Source of the DNA: Octopus bimaculoides
Lineage: Eukaryota
Reading direction: 5' to 3'
Assembly (NCBI RefSeq): GCF_001194135.2
Contig: NC_068999.1
Location: forward strand, 54,942,246 to 55,006,245
Length of the DNA stretch: 64,000 nt
The notes beneath the pieces were generated by a model, which saw only the letters and a list, made by a program, of their open reading frames with translations, did not search any database and was not told the DNA's origin. A program made the position numbers and the translations under genes. Positions 48,491 to 61,599 of this stretch are shown here, piece by piece. Numbering within the stretch: position 1 is the stretch's first letter; each line of letters opens with the position of its first letter.

Positions 48491-49113
48491 TGTTGCCTTG
48501 GCGCTGCTATCGGGCAGGGCGCCAGTTGTATGAATGTTAATTAGAATGCAGCCAAGCCAAATTAACTGAATAATTAAATATATAAAGACATAATAATAGC
48601 TTTATACCAGGAACCATTAGTGTACAAAACAATATGTATGAGGAAGCAGCAGGGGTGGGTAGCTCGTCTCTAAGTGCCACCACAATAGACATGACATGTT
48701 AAAATAACAGCAGACAGCCTGAAAGTGCCACAAAACACGTTAAAACAAAAACATGTCAACAATTACAAGTCCATGTTTCTTAAAGGAGGTCACCACGTCT
48801 GACGTCATTTAATAGTGTACGTATCCAAGAGCTTAAGCAAAACACAGCTTTGATTCATTAGCCCTCGCCCAATTTTGTCCCAAACCATTATAGTTTGGTT
48901 CAGACGCTTGAAACCTCTTCTTATTTTGCGCAGATAACACCCGTTTAACCCTTCCGCTTCTCTGTTTGCTCCGATTAAACAGATCTATGACCAAAGCACT
49001 CCAACCTGTTTCATTTAAGTGTCCAGTTTTACATGGCAATATTTTTTTTTTTCCCAAGATGGTAACATAAAGTTTGGAAGAGAATTTGGCTGTTATTTCT
49101 GGCAGAATGAGTG

Positions 49114-49261
49114 ATTAATCATGGGCGAACTGCGATTCGTGAGATTTTCTTAATGGCACGCCCAACGGAAAATTACTTCGAATTTTTTTAGTAGTGTGAC
49201 CCGCCTGATGAAAAGCTATGTCTTATGCGGCCCGCTTCTTGAAAAAGGTTGCTCAAACCTG
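49114..49261. mobile_element. Possible hAT (Charlie-like) non-autonomous remnant
   Basis: Right end gcggcccgc..aaaaaggttgctcaaacctg and left end atgggcgaactgcg resemble hAT termini; no clear TSD. Confidence 0.4.
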
Positions 49262-49739
49262 ATATAGAAACTCCAAAATGAACTTTAGAGGAAGATATGG
49301 AAGAATGTAACAGAAGTTTTGGTTGAAAATTTGCAACTCAAAGCAACCTAAAAAGAAAAAACAACAACTTATCTTCATTAACGTGACAACGTAAAAGAAA
49401 TGACTCAGGTGCAAAAGAGAAGAAAAGAAAAAGTAGGTTGTTAATGGTGTTTGTTGCCGGTTAAAGAAATGATCAAGTTAATACGCAGTTTTATAAGACG
49501 GGAAAACCCACCGTTGTCAATTCTAAATTCAAACACAAAAAAAAAGAAAAGAAAAATCGATTGATCGAATCGAGCAAACACACTTATTCGCTGTTTCATT
49601 TCTAGGATGTGGAAGGCCTCTCTTAACACGCAACCAAAGATAACCGATCAACCAAACAAAAATATACCAGCTGAGTCAAGGGTGTTGGTGGTAATTCAAA
49701 GTGACTCCCCAAGGGAAACAAGCTATACACTGAAAATAC

Positions 49740-50873
49740 TTCTTAAAATATACTCCACCACTTCTCCCCGGAAGTCACTGTAAATCAAAGAAGAAGCTAC
49801 GGGTTTTCTTCATCCGACATATTACGCTGAATAAAAGTATTCTATATTTATACATTACCTAATGTTTCATTGACCCTATCTATCTATCTGTCCATCCATC
49901 TACACACCACTACTGCTCAAACACCTATATTAGTATTGTGAATTTATCAAGACTTAAAACACCATATAAGTGTGCGTACGTCTGTGCACATTCTATATAT
50001 ACATGCACGATTAAGAGTAGACACGGGTGGGCGCACTCAATACACGCCGAATTTATTCGTTCGACGCACTGATGATCCAGTGAGTAGCTCCTCCAGAGTT
50101 CTACACATTCGTTGAAGCGACACGTACAAACAAGTAAACAAGAAACAGTTTCATACACACACACACATAGGTGCGTTACAATGTTCAGTTCTGCAGACGG
50201 GGTGAGGCAGCATACGATCCAGGTTCTTGTTAGTCACGTGTGTGCTTCATCATGTGTCTCACATGATGGAGAGAAAACACACCTCTACACCAGTTTAGGG
50301 TTAGACTACATTCACCAGCACACCCACCAATTTGGAGAGGTAGAGGTAAAACGTGTGTATCAATAGCACTACCGCACGTAGAAAGTGACAATAAGAAGCA
50401 GCATCAAAGCGGTCGCTTGATTTACTAAAAATAGCAGCTAAAACAGGGGCGCTCTATATTCTTTAAAGATACGCTAGCTAGATCTAGATATGTCCAAAAA
50501 GGTCATGACTAGAACGCCTTCGGATCATGAGTGTGAGTGTTGGATCAAGACTGACGTGGGGTTAAAAAAAAACAATGCAACGCACGATGGAACGAAGTAG
50601 TTATTAACAGAATTCCTATTACAGCAACAACGTCACGTCTACTGAAAAGCAGAGAAATGCTTCTTCGGTTGACCCGTTGGGGAATCGAAACCGAGTAGAG
50701 AAATCGGTTGGTAGACAACAACGAGCCGATCGCTGCAACTGAATCTCCCACGGACGGAGGTCGTAGTAAGCAGAAGAGGCGAAAATTTTCAGCTGGTTCC
50801 TTTCAGACAGTCAAGTTATTTCATGGTCCAATGGCGACAGTGTGTGCAGCGGAAGCGTAAACAGCATGATAAG

Positions 50874-50931
<58 letters not shown>

Positions 50932-51040
50932 ACGTTCAAAAGATGGAGTTTAACGTGTCGAAGTGATATGTGAATGGCTATATAAATAACACACTCACAT
51001 ATTTATGTGCGGGTGCGTAAGAGTTATTCAAGATGGCAGG
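49740..51040. promoter_or_regulatory. CpG-rich putative CAB39 promoter / first-exon region, possibly bidirectional
   Basis: Visible CpG excess over gene bodies; ETS-type CCGGAAGT at 49768-75 and CGGAAG at 50850-55; YY1-like AATGGCG at 50830-36; lies upstream of the first CAB39 coding exon. Confidence 0.55.
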
Positions 51041-54000
51041 AGACAAGAGAAAAATTAAGGGCGAAAGGAAGTTTAGAACCTTACACCACCATATTTCTTT
51101 AAGTCGACCAGTTAGTGGTAGTGGCGATGCTACTACTACTGATTCTACTATTGAAGACGATGTCAGAAACTTCTATGTAGAGAGGGACATGAAAAGAAAG
51201 CGTCCGAAAGGAGGTAAGAGGGACGGCGATGTGGTTGTCATAGATTGGACGTCGAGGAATTTATAGAAGGACGTCATCGATAGAGAGAGACTACTTCCTT
51301 CTCACAGACAAAGGTGAGAGAGAAACTAATAGAAAAGGTGGGAGATACTGATATATAGAGTCAGGTAGGGAGAAAGGTGTTTATACATGTATATATATAT
51401 GATGTCACTCACTGAGAGAGAGAGAATGTCATTATTTAAATACAGAAAGATATCGATTGTCAGGGTTAAGAAGAAATAAAGAGGGAGGAATGTCAATGAT
51501 TATCTTTGATAATAAAGAATCTCGTTGCTCACCAGTGATGAGAAGAGAACGAAGATTAACAACAATAGAACAGACAGGGGGGAAGTTGGTGTATTTAATC
51601 ATCGTCAACACTATAAAATAGTGGTGAGATGATGTGAACAGTGTTGCCGAAGAGAAATATTGAGTATATAGAATAAAAACAACATGGATACCTGTACTGC
51701 TTACAGAGTTCCAGTGTGGTTGATAGAGACGACGGAGTTAGGTACGATGAGTGTGAGTGACACAGAAAGAGTGAGAGAGAAAACCTTGAGTAGTCTTGTG
51801 CAGCGCTATCATGCGGTGACTATTGAAAGCTAATGATTAAACTAAGAACCATAACTCACTAACTCACTCCAACTAAAAAAAAAAAGAGAAAGACTTCATT
51901 TATGATTTCTTACCGAGAGATTAATGACCCAGAAATAAAAGATGGTATGGTAGTGGGGGGATCTTCCCTTCCAATATTTTACCTATAAAATACATACATA
52001 AACGATATAAATTATGTATTTAAAAACATAACAGTAAAACCTGTTCACACTACTCATATTTCAACTTCTATCAATAATTCACATCTGGATGTATTGCAAG
52101 AATATTAAATCGGTTCCAATACTTGAATAGTACTTTTTTTATCGACCCCGAAGTACAAAAAAAAAACAAAAACAGACAAATGCTGACATCCACAGGATTT
52201 GAATTTATATCGTAAAAGACCGCCACTAAACATACTAAGCATTTTTGTCCGACGCTATAGCGACGACTCCGCAGTTAAAACACCGATTAACTTGGTTAAG
52301 TTTAATCCCAGCTTAAGGAATGATTCGTGCGCCCCCCCTCTCCCTCCACGTTAAAAATTTATTCAAGATTATTAAGTAAGCATGGCTGTCTTACATAGCC
52401 TCTCAACTTCTATTGTGACTCACTTCCCATGTCCTATGTGAACCACAGAGGCCTTCTTTTCTTTGAACAGTAACCGGTTCAAGCTGACCACCAGCTGCAT
52501 CAACCTCATCAGTCAGGGAGAGCGTGTTAAGTTATGGGTACTGCCCCGCCCCCTCTCTGACTAATAAAAGAAATGACCTCATTATCATCATTTTACGCCT
52601 GCTCTCCATGCTGGCATGGGTTGGACGGACGGATGCTTTGTCTGATGCCACCTCCTTTGTCTCTTCTATCTTTAGGAGAAAAAAAAACTCTGGAATACAA
52701 AGTTACAAATCGTAAAATCAACCCCACCTCACATCTACTTAATACTAGTATTTGATTACGTCTCTAAGTTTTTGAGCTCAAATCTCACACACGTCAACTT
52801 TCTTCTGATAAAATAATCACCAAAGTACTGTGGATGATACAATCGACCAAGGCCCGTGAAAACAGTGATCTAGCATGGTTGCAGACTAATGATGGAAACC
52901 AGTAAAAAGAAGAATGAAGATGTTTATTAAAACTGGGATCAAAGTCGTCCAGTTTATGTGAAATAACAGGCTGTGACCCTGTCCACTGGGCACAGGCTCT
53001 CAGTGCTCATTGCATTTCAACAGGTCATCCACACCCGTATGAGAAGCATGAAAGCTTGTACAAGGTCATTTGACTTGCTGGAAACAGAAAAAATACAATA
53101 GAGGAAGTAATCCTATATATGCATAATAGAAAAAGACAGCTTGGCCAGTCATGACTGAAATGCCTCTAATCATAGATCTGCCTGATCAGAATTGTCCTCT
53201 GGTTAGACACCATCAACATTAATATTTTATGAGGATTGTACCTGTGGGATTGGTAAAATTTCTGAAACAAGGAAAAGCAAAGGATAGGTAGTGTGGAGTG
53301 GTGTTGGAGGAGAAGCTGTTGTAACAATGGTGGGAATTGAAAACAATATAAGGGTTTGAATATGTAACAGATTCATAGGCTATGAAACTAATGAGAAGGC
53401 CTCTACACAAGTCACTTGACCTATTACAAATAACGGCTAAATATCCATCAAATCACATATTAAAAAAGAATAAGTATTCCAAAATGGCTGAAGAAAAACA
53501 ACAGAATATAGGCACAGGTAGAGTTGTGTGGTAAGAAGTTTGCTTCCCAACCACAAGATTTCAGGCTCGGTCCCACTGTGTGGCACATTGGGCAAATGTC
53601 TTCTACCACAGCCTCAGGCTGACCAAAGCCTTGTGAGTGATTTCAGACATGGAAACTGAAAGAAGCCTGTTGTGTGTGTGTGTGTGTGTATTTCTTTGTT
53701 TGTCCCTTACCACTGCTTGACAACTGGTGTTGGTTTGTTTATGTCTCCATAACTTAGTTTGGTAAAAGATCAATAAAATAAGTACCACCCTTAAAAAAAA
53801 AAGTACTGGGGTCAATTTGTTTGACTAAACTATTCAAAGCAGTGCCCCAGCATGGTCACAGTCCAATGACTAAATCTAGTATATGGATAAAAGCAATGGT
53901 CACAACTGAACCATCTTTGATTAAGGCTAAACAGCAGCAACTGAGTAACACAGCATGTAGGGCAAGTTATTATGTATTTAGACACAAAAACCTGTTCACT

Positions 54001-55578
54001 GTTACGTCATAAGTTGTATTGACTGCAAAGGAACAAGAAGTACAATCTCAACCTGAGAACGTTGATCAAACTCACCAGTGTCTCACCACCACCAAAATCA
54101 TTTTATGCCAGCTTTTCCATGATGGCATGGGTTAGATGGGGTTCCTGAGGCAGGGCTTTACAGTTCTATGCCCTTACTATTGCTAACTCTTTGAGTCACT
54201 GCGAATAGCACACAGGATTGGAATGTAACTGCTCTAAAATCAGGATACACATGGTAAAATTAACTAATAACTGCTTGTAACAAACACTTCACAATGTTTC
54301 TCTGTACCATTTACAAAGGTACGGTGCATGAACCAAGCTTGCACCCCAGTTTCCTAGCTGAATATTATTAATGTTCTAAATAGAAAGGCTTAAACATTAC
54401 AACATACCATCTCATGAGTATTTGAGACACTGTAATTTGAAAAAAAAAACAAAAACAAACAAACACACACACAAAGGTCAGGTTATTCTACATAAAGAGA
54501 AAAACAGTGTAATTGATAAAGAAAGTGAATTCCAAGTATATTACTGGTACATAAACAGTAACGGCCAAACCAACAAGAAGGTATCTTTCATCGTTTACTT
54601 ATTTCAGTCATTACACTGTGACCATGCTGGGGCATTGTCTTGAAGAATCTTTAGTTGAATGAATTGACCCAAGTACTTATTATTTTGTTTTAAGCCTCGT
54701 ATTTATTCTTTTGGTCTCTTTTGCCAAACCGCTAAGTTATGGAGGGGAGGGAGGGGGAGCAAATGAGGTATGTATATAAAATAGAAAATGTGTCATGAGA
54801 ATAAAGGGATAAGGCAGAGTGTAGCATATATTGATAAAATATAAGAAAGTGGTGGCTGAGTGTTGTAAATAAGGTGGTGTGTCACAACTGTACCATTAAC
54901 ACACTCACCTAGAAATCTGAAGCTTCAGTATGTTTGGTAAAAAAAGAAAATCAATGTTTATTGTTACAATTAGAGAGAGAAAGGGAAGAAGAGAAGGTTG
55001 AGATATAGAGGAAATACATTGGTTTTGTATGTTTTTTTATTTCCTCTGCAGGTACAGGTTGGATAGCTTCTGAGACAGACAGACTTATTGAGGAAGTCTA
55101 TATGTGGTTTTTCAACCTGTGAGAAACAGAAGCCAAATCTCTTACTCAAATCACGTCTTACCATCTTTATAAGATACTGAATAATGTAGTTCTATATAAT
55201 ACTATACTTGAAAATATGTTTGGATAATCTTAACTGGAATGGTTTTGATTATAGTTGTACTCAAACATAACTAGCATTAGGTTAAACAACGAGACAGACA
55301 GACAGGCAGACATGCAATGAAGACAACTACCCCCGCTTCAGGAGACCAATTTCCAATTTGTTTATATTGTAAATGTCTGGAGTGAACAGCTCATAATGAG
55401 ACATAAACTCTGCAAATTCAATTTCTATCCCTATACAGGTACAGGAGTGCATGTGTAGTAAGAAGCTTGCTTCCCAACCACATGGTTCCGGTTTCAGTCC
55501 CACTGCATGGCACTTTGGGCAAGTGTCTTCTATTAAAGCCTTGTGAGTGGATTTGGTAGACAGAAACTGAAAGAAGCC

Positions 55579-55618
<40 letters not shown>

Positions 55619-55623
<5 letters not shown>

Positions 55624-55751
55624 CTTTATTTAAAAGCAGCAGAAATATAACAAAAAAAGCGTTACTCTGAGTTTCACATTCCGAACGGGAACGTGAAACT
55701 CAGAGTAACGTTTTTTTTGTTATATTTCTGCTGCTTTTAGATAAAGCATAT
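55619..55751. repeat. 133-nt fold-back inverted repeat
   Basis: 64-bp arms with 4 transition mismatches and a 5-nt loop gaacg. Confidence 0.92.
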
Positions 55752-55821
55752 TACTCTACCTCTGGTATTTGAGTACTCTTTTTTCCACCTTGTTGCACAT
55801 TTCATGTGCTTACTCCGGTAT

Positions 55822-55874
<53 letters not shown>

Positions 55875-56684
55875 GCGACTCCAGGTCATCAGCGTCACTT
55901 GGGCTCATAACAGATTTCGTCACATGGGCTCATCAGATTTCACATAAGACATTCAAAGAATTTCACAGTTTTCTGTTTTATTTCTAGCCCCAAATAGCTT
56001 ATTTTTTTTATATCTAGCACTATGTCTTTCTCCATTCCTAAGTTAAGGTGAAAATAAAGCAACCCTGCAAAACACAACTGACCTTTACACACAGATGTGC
56101 AGAATATCAGTGGAGTGCACAACAACTATCAGCGATCTGGCTGTTGCCTGCACTCTTGACAAGAGATGCCAGTTGGTCTTTTACACCTGCCAGGCTCATT
56201 CATATCAGCCAGAGTTGCTGGATAATTTTTCGTTCCTTTAAGAATATTCTAGAATGGAAACTTTTCATAGATTGGAATTTAAATCCAAATCTCTACAGAA
56301 ATTTGTTTCAAGAAAACATTGCATTTGAATTACTTTTAATTTTTACAATTATAGATAACTCAGGCTGTAACTTCTGAGCCTGAGAATGATGTTGAGAGAA
56401 CGTCTGCTCCAAACGATATTGTTTGACACAGGGCACCTTTAAGACGACTGCCAGACACTGAACGAAAATAAATGAACTGCGACCAGGCTCAATAAAAGAA
56501 GCCCGAGTTATTGGTTGCAATTACATACTTGAAGTGTTGGAAGAAATTAAATCAGCTTGCAAATATACGCTCACTTTACTAAATTTATACTCGAGCTAAG
56601 CCCGAACAGCTTGAGTGCTGGAGTTACCACTGGTGTGTGTGTGTGTGCGTGTGCGTGTGCGTGTGCGCGTGTGCGTGCGCGTGC

Positions 56685-56722
<38 letters not shown>

Positions 56723-57788
56723 CCCCTACCCCATTGCTTGACAACCGATGCTGGTGTGTTTACATCCCTGTATCTTAGCGGTTCGGTAAAAGAGACTGAT
56801 AGAATAAATACTAGGCTTACAAAGAATAAGTCCTGAGGTCGATTTGTTTGACTAAAGGCAGTGCTTTAGCATGACTGCAGTCAAATGACTTAAACATGTA
56901 AAAGAATAAAAGGATATCATATAATCACATATCCAAAAGAAAACCCATTGTACTAAAGTATTTGCAAAAAGTCTATTTACATGGAATGGTCTCCAGCCAG
57001 ATTGTCCAGATGCATCTAACCAAAATACAACTGACACAAGGCAAGTTCTCACAAAGATATGTTCAATGTTCCTCTGAAATGCTCAGGTAACTTACGCCCT
57101 ATGTCCATGTGATGTTATCAGTTATTGTGAACACAATAAAAAACACAAAGAGATATGTGCATACATTTATACCAAGTAAGATGCAAAGGGTTAAATAGCA
57201 TAACTGTTTATCATCAGACAAGAAATAAATATGACAGAAGAGAAAAATTCAAAAGTGCCTGATTAATTACAAGAGTAATAATAATTTCTAAACATTGACA
57301 CATTTTAGGGAAACAACAATCAATTAAACTACCTCCCACTGAACTTGACTTTATTTATTTTATTGACCTTGGATACATAAATGGAAGACAAAAGTGAATA
57401 TCAGACGATTTGAATGTAGGTACCTGACAAAATAGCACAAGTCCTAGAGGAGGTTGCATTGATTCTATCACCCACCATCATCACCATTTAACATCAACTT
57501 ATTCATGCTTGCATGAGTCAGACACAATTTGTCAAGGCAAATTCCAATGGTTGGATGCCCCTCCTGTTACCAACACTCATCATTTTACAAGTAAAGTAAT
57601 ATTTTCCCATGGCTAAGCATTTTTTCACACAAGACTGAAAATGAACAATCTCACTGGTATGAGGATGGTCGTCATCATTTACAACCATCACATGAAGTTT
57701 AAACAAAGGTACACACAAAGATGCATACATACACACACATTGGCAGTGTCATTAACTTGTACCTGAGTAGCTAATTTGTAGAGAGTGA

Positions 57789-58125
57789 TTATGCATCTTC
57801 ATCCTGATGGATGTGAAGGGTGCTGATGTCTGATGTGCTGTTCAGGTCAAGGGTGGTATAGAAGATTTGGGGGTATTTATTGCAGTGGAGGATTGACAGG
57901 GGACGAGGAAGGGCAAGTTGCACTTTGCATCTTCGACATCTGCTCTCTGCCTCTTGATATTTGTTATTTTCCATCTGGTCCATTCCCTTGACGACAACAT
58001 GCCACCACTTTGGGCAGTTCTTGGTGATTGTCTCCCAAGTATTTGGGTCAATGGAGCAGCAGAGGAGAGTGGCCTTGAGTTAATCTCAGAAATGGAATTT
58101 GGGGGCTCTGTGCCATCTGGTACCT
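57789..58125 (-). mobile_element. RTE/BovB-like LINE 3' fragment
   Basis: RAPKFHF*D*LKATLLCCSIDPNTWETITKNCPKWWHVVVKGMDQME..EAESRCRRCK followed by a decayed Cys/His region. Confidence 0.75.
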
Positions 58126-59629
58126 GAGGCTAACTCCGCAAATATACATTTCTAGTAAATCTACAAAGCTTTGGTTGACCTGCAGCTGTAGAAGACCAAG
58201 GTACCACACATAGAGATAGAATCAAAGACATATGATTAGGAAACAAGCTTCTTAACCACATGGTCTAAGACCCCTTAGAAAATCCAAAAGACAGTAGTCC
58301 AGTGTTGTCAGAGATAAAGGATGCTCCCTGACAGTATGTTCAATAATACTGTAAACTTAAAAGTCCTTCAAGCAGGACTTATAAAGTTTATGCATTGCTG
58401 TATCTTCCAAGCATTTAGTAATTAACTAAATTAGGTTATGTGTCTGTTAGATTTATAACAGGTTAAAATCACATATGCTTTGTGGTATTTGTTCAATTTC
58501 TGAGCTCTTGTCAGTTTTTTTGTGGCCAAATGCCCTTTCTGTTGCAAAGTCTTACTTGTTTCTAAGGTACTTATTTTTTGGTCTTTCAAAAATTCTGAAA
58601 TGCTCAACACTATATTTTAGAAACAAATGTAGGCAGTGACACTGCTTAATAGCATGACATTGTTTTTATGTAGTGTGTAAACAATATCAAGATACAAATA
58701 CACACACACATATATTAATGAATGACAAGAGTTACATAATCACTTTCATCAGTTTACAGCTGTTTTTGCTATAAGAAACCGTGCACACACACACACACAC
58801 AATGAGTTCCAAGTAATTTGTTTACCAATTTTACAAACTTGTCTAATACCATAGTAGAAAACATTTTCCCACAGTGTTATGCAGCAGGAATGAATCCAAA
58901 ATCATGAGGTCGTGAAGTCAAATTTTTAACCACAAAGCCATGCCTGCACGTGTGTGTGTGTGTGTGTGTGTGTGGTACTGAACTCTTAGACCATAGATGA
59001 ATATATTTGTGGACAATTAGCTGAGATGTAGACTGTGTAGATCATGTTAGTGGCTAAACTGCATCCCTAACTTTAGAATGTCAATAGATTGTGCAACAGT
59101 CACTTATGAAGTTATTTTCTGCTATTGATAGCGATGTAAAACTGAGGAGTGTTTCATCAACTTACAATGCTAGGAGCACCATTCCCTCAGATCCAGGAAA
59201 CAGATGTGCAAGCCATATCGCCTGACCATCAATTAGACACTTGATGACAAAAGGCAAGAAGCAGTATTATTAACAGAGAACAGTGCACAAAATACTTTAC
59301 ACTCATTCATAAGTGTTTAAAAATCACACACTACTGATATATGACTGTGTTTATGATTACAAAAAAACCCTTCAAAGTAGAGGCAGAACAATAAGCCTTT
59401 GAGAGAGAGATGGAAGGGGAAAGCAACTAAATTGTTTTTTTTAGTTTTATCAGTGATGGCTTTACCAAACTAAAAGGAAGGTGGGTGTGGTTGAAACAAA
59501 GCTATCAGCAGGTCACTGGCCCCCATGGCCTCCAGCTAGGTTGACAATAAACAGGCAAAATACACAGACATAGATATAGACATAGTCACACATAGACATA
59601 TACAGAGAAACATGTAGATATACATATGA

Positions 59630-59668
<39 letters not shown>

Positions 59669-60059
59669 CATACATACATATATAAACACACATTTTTATA
59701 TATAATAAAAATATCAATGTATTCCATTGATATAATTCTACACTTTCAATTTAGTATTTATTTATACAGTCCATTCTTAATGTTTTGAGGGGTTTTTTTT
59801 TTGTTTTTAGACTAATAATCAAAAACAAAAAAAATATTAATCGTTCTTTAGCTGATGATAATCACAAGCAGGATTGAAAGATGAGTCCTTTTTTGAAAAA
59901 TATTTTCCTTGGCATTGGAAGACAAATATCCTCTTTGCAGACTAATTAACTAATTGCAAGAAAACAGGAGGAGCTCAACTTTGAACTGGTTAAAACCCCC
60001 AAACTGAGAAAGACAGTTCTGAAATTTCTTGCTGAACAACCTGCACAAAGAATTTGTTG

Positions 60060-60300
60060 TTTATAGTGATCAAATGTTTGTACTGTACATTAGCTCACTC
60101 CCTCCATCAAATTGATGTTACCTGAACAGGTGTGCAGTCTACCACACATCTGGTGCCAAAGTTATTGCAGAGCAACGCGAGGTAAAGTGTTTTGCTCAAG
60201 AACATAATGCACCACCTGGTCCAATAATTGAAACCACAATCTTGTGATCGCAAGTGTAACATCCTGATCACAAGGGCATTTTTTTCCCTTTCACTCTCCA
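60060..60300 (-). repeat. SINE family C with cttgagcaaaacactt core
   Basis: Related copies at 11040-11230, 5590-5790 and 44850-44990. Confidence 0.6.
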
Positions 60301-61599
60301 TTTTTTCCCCTCTCAATCCTTTCTATCGAAGAGCTTAGATTCGAAATGTCAAGGACTTTTCCATTCTTCCCAAGTGTCAAACTAATACACCTGCTTGTTG
60401 TTCCCCCCACTTGTCTTTGTCTTCTGTAAATTTGAACTATATATACATATTTGTACACACACACAAACACAGTTCACATCAGTGAATATAACTAAGTGTT
60501 GTATACCATTTAGTGTGATAGATACATTACATCAGTGAACAAGACTAGGTGTTGTGTAGTATTTACTATGGTAGATAGGTAGATGGATAAATAAATAGAT
60601 AGACAAGTAGTCAGACAGGTGAATAGGTAGACAGGCAGAAAAATGTGTACGTATGTATGCGTGTTTTTGGAGATAGCATAGGCATTGCATTGGTTTCGAT
60701 TCCCAGTTACTTCCCATTTTCGTTGAAAGGCATGTAATATACAAGTTGTCACTGATCACTCCCCTAAAGTTAACAGGACTAGTCACTTATTAAATGGATA
60801 CCGCTAATTATGGAATAGCCAAGCAGAAAGACAATTAAATAATTGACTATCAACTCACCTGTGTGAATAAGCTAACATACCTACCTACTATACATATAGA
60901 GAGGGGTGGGATAAAGAGAGAGTGTGGGAGACTAACAAAATTTAAAAAAAAAACAATGAAGTCATACTGTTTATGTCGCATCTTTTAATGCTATTCATTC
61001 ATTGACTCCATAAAACATACCCAAAACACCTTCACTGCACCATTTATCACCACCATCACCATCATTTATTATCGCCAAGGTTGACTGTGCCTTTCATCCT
61101 TTTGGGGTCGATAAATTAAGTACCCGTCAAGTACTGGGGTTGATGGGATCGACTACCCCCTTTCCCTCAAATTCCAGGCCCTGTGCCTTAAGTAGAAAGG
61201 ATTATTATTATTATTATTAGAATTGTTAGCACACTGAGCAAAATGCTAAGTGACATTTCGTCCCACCTTTAAAATTATAAAGGCGGTGTTCCAGCATGGC
61301 CACAGTCAAATGACTGAAACAAATAAAAGAATAATTATTTTAATACGTTATTATCATAATTGTAATTAATATCATTATTAAGGGACGGATAAGAGAATCG
61401 GTAGAGGCGTTGGACAAAAAGCTTTTGACAAATTCATTTGCGTTGTTCTACTTTCCGAGTTAATAGCTAGCCGAGGTCGATTAATGAAGTATCAAGCTAC
61501 CCGTAATGAACTGGATCGATATAATCAGCTGATGCAATGTATACATACACTCTCAACTGGGCAGCATGAATAGTCATAGCGGTGTACATACACTCATAA

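Noticed and set aside
49201-49230. ccgc-CTGATGA...gcgg
   Set aside because: No stem II or separate GAAA box; lies inside a hAT-like remnant.
52380-52560. Minus-strand exon-like stretch TDEVDAAGGQLEPVTVQRKEG ending at gtgagt
   Set aside because: Stops occur in all frames right after the candidate acceptor; more likely a retroelement fragment.
55120-55122. Selenocysteine read-through of the candidate ORF's TGA
   Set aside because: No SECIS recognised and the downstream peptide is not protein-like.
59853-59890. CTGATGA-taatc..gatt-GAAA-gatgagtc hammerhead-like string
   Set aside because: Stem III is broken (G-G) and stem I is only about 2 bp; compatible with chance.
60318-60354. cctt..tcgaaga gcttagattc GAAAtGTC aagg minimal hammerhead
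   Set aside because: The 5' box is non-canonical and stem I is not adjacent to it; possibly a PLE tail, but too decayed to support.
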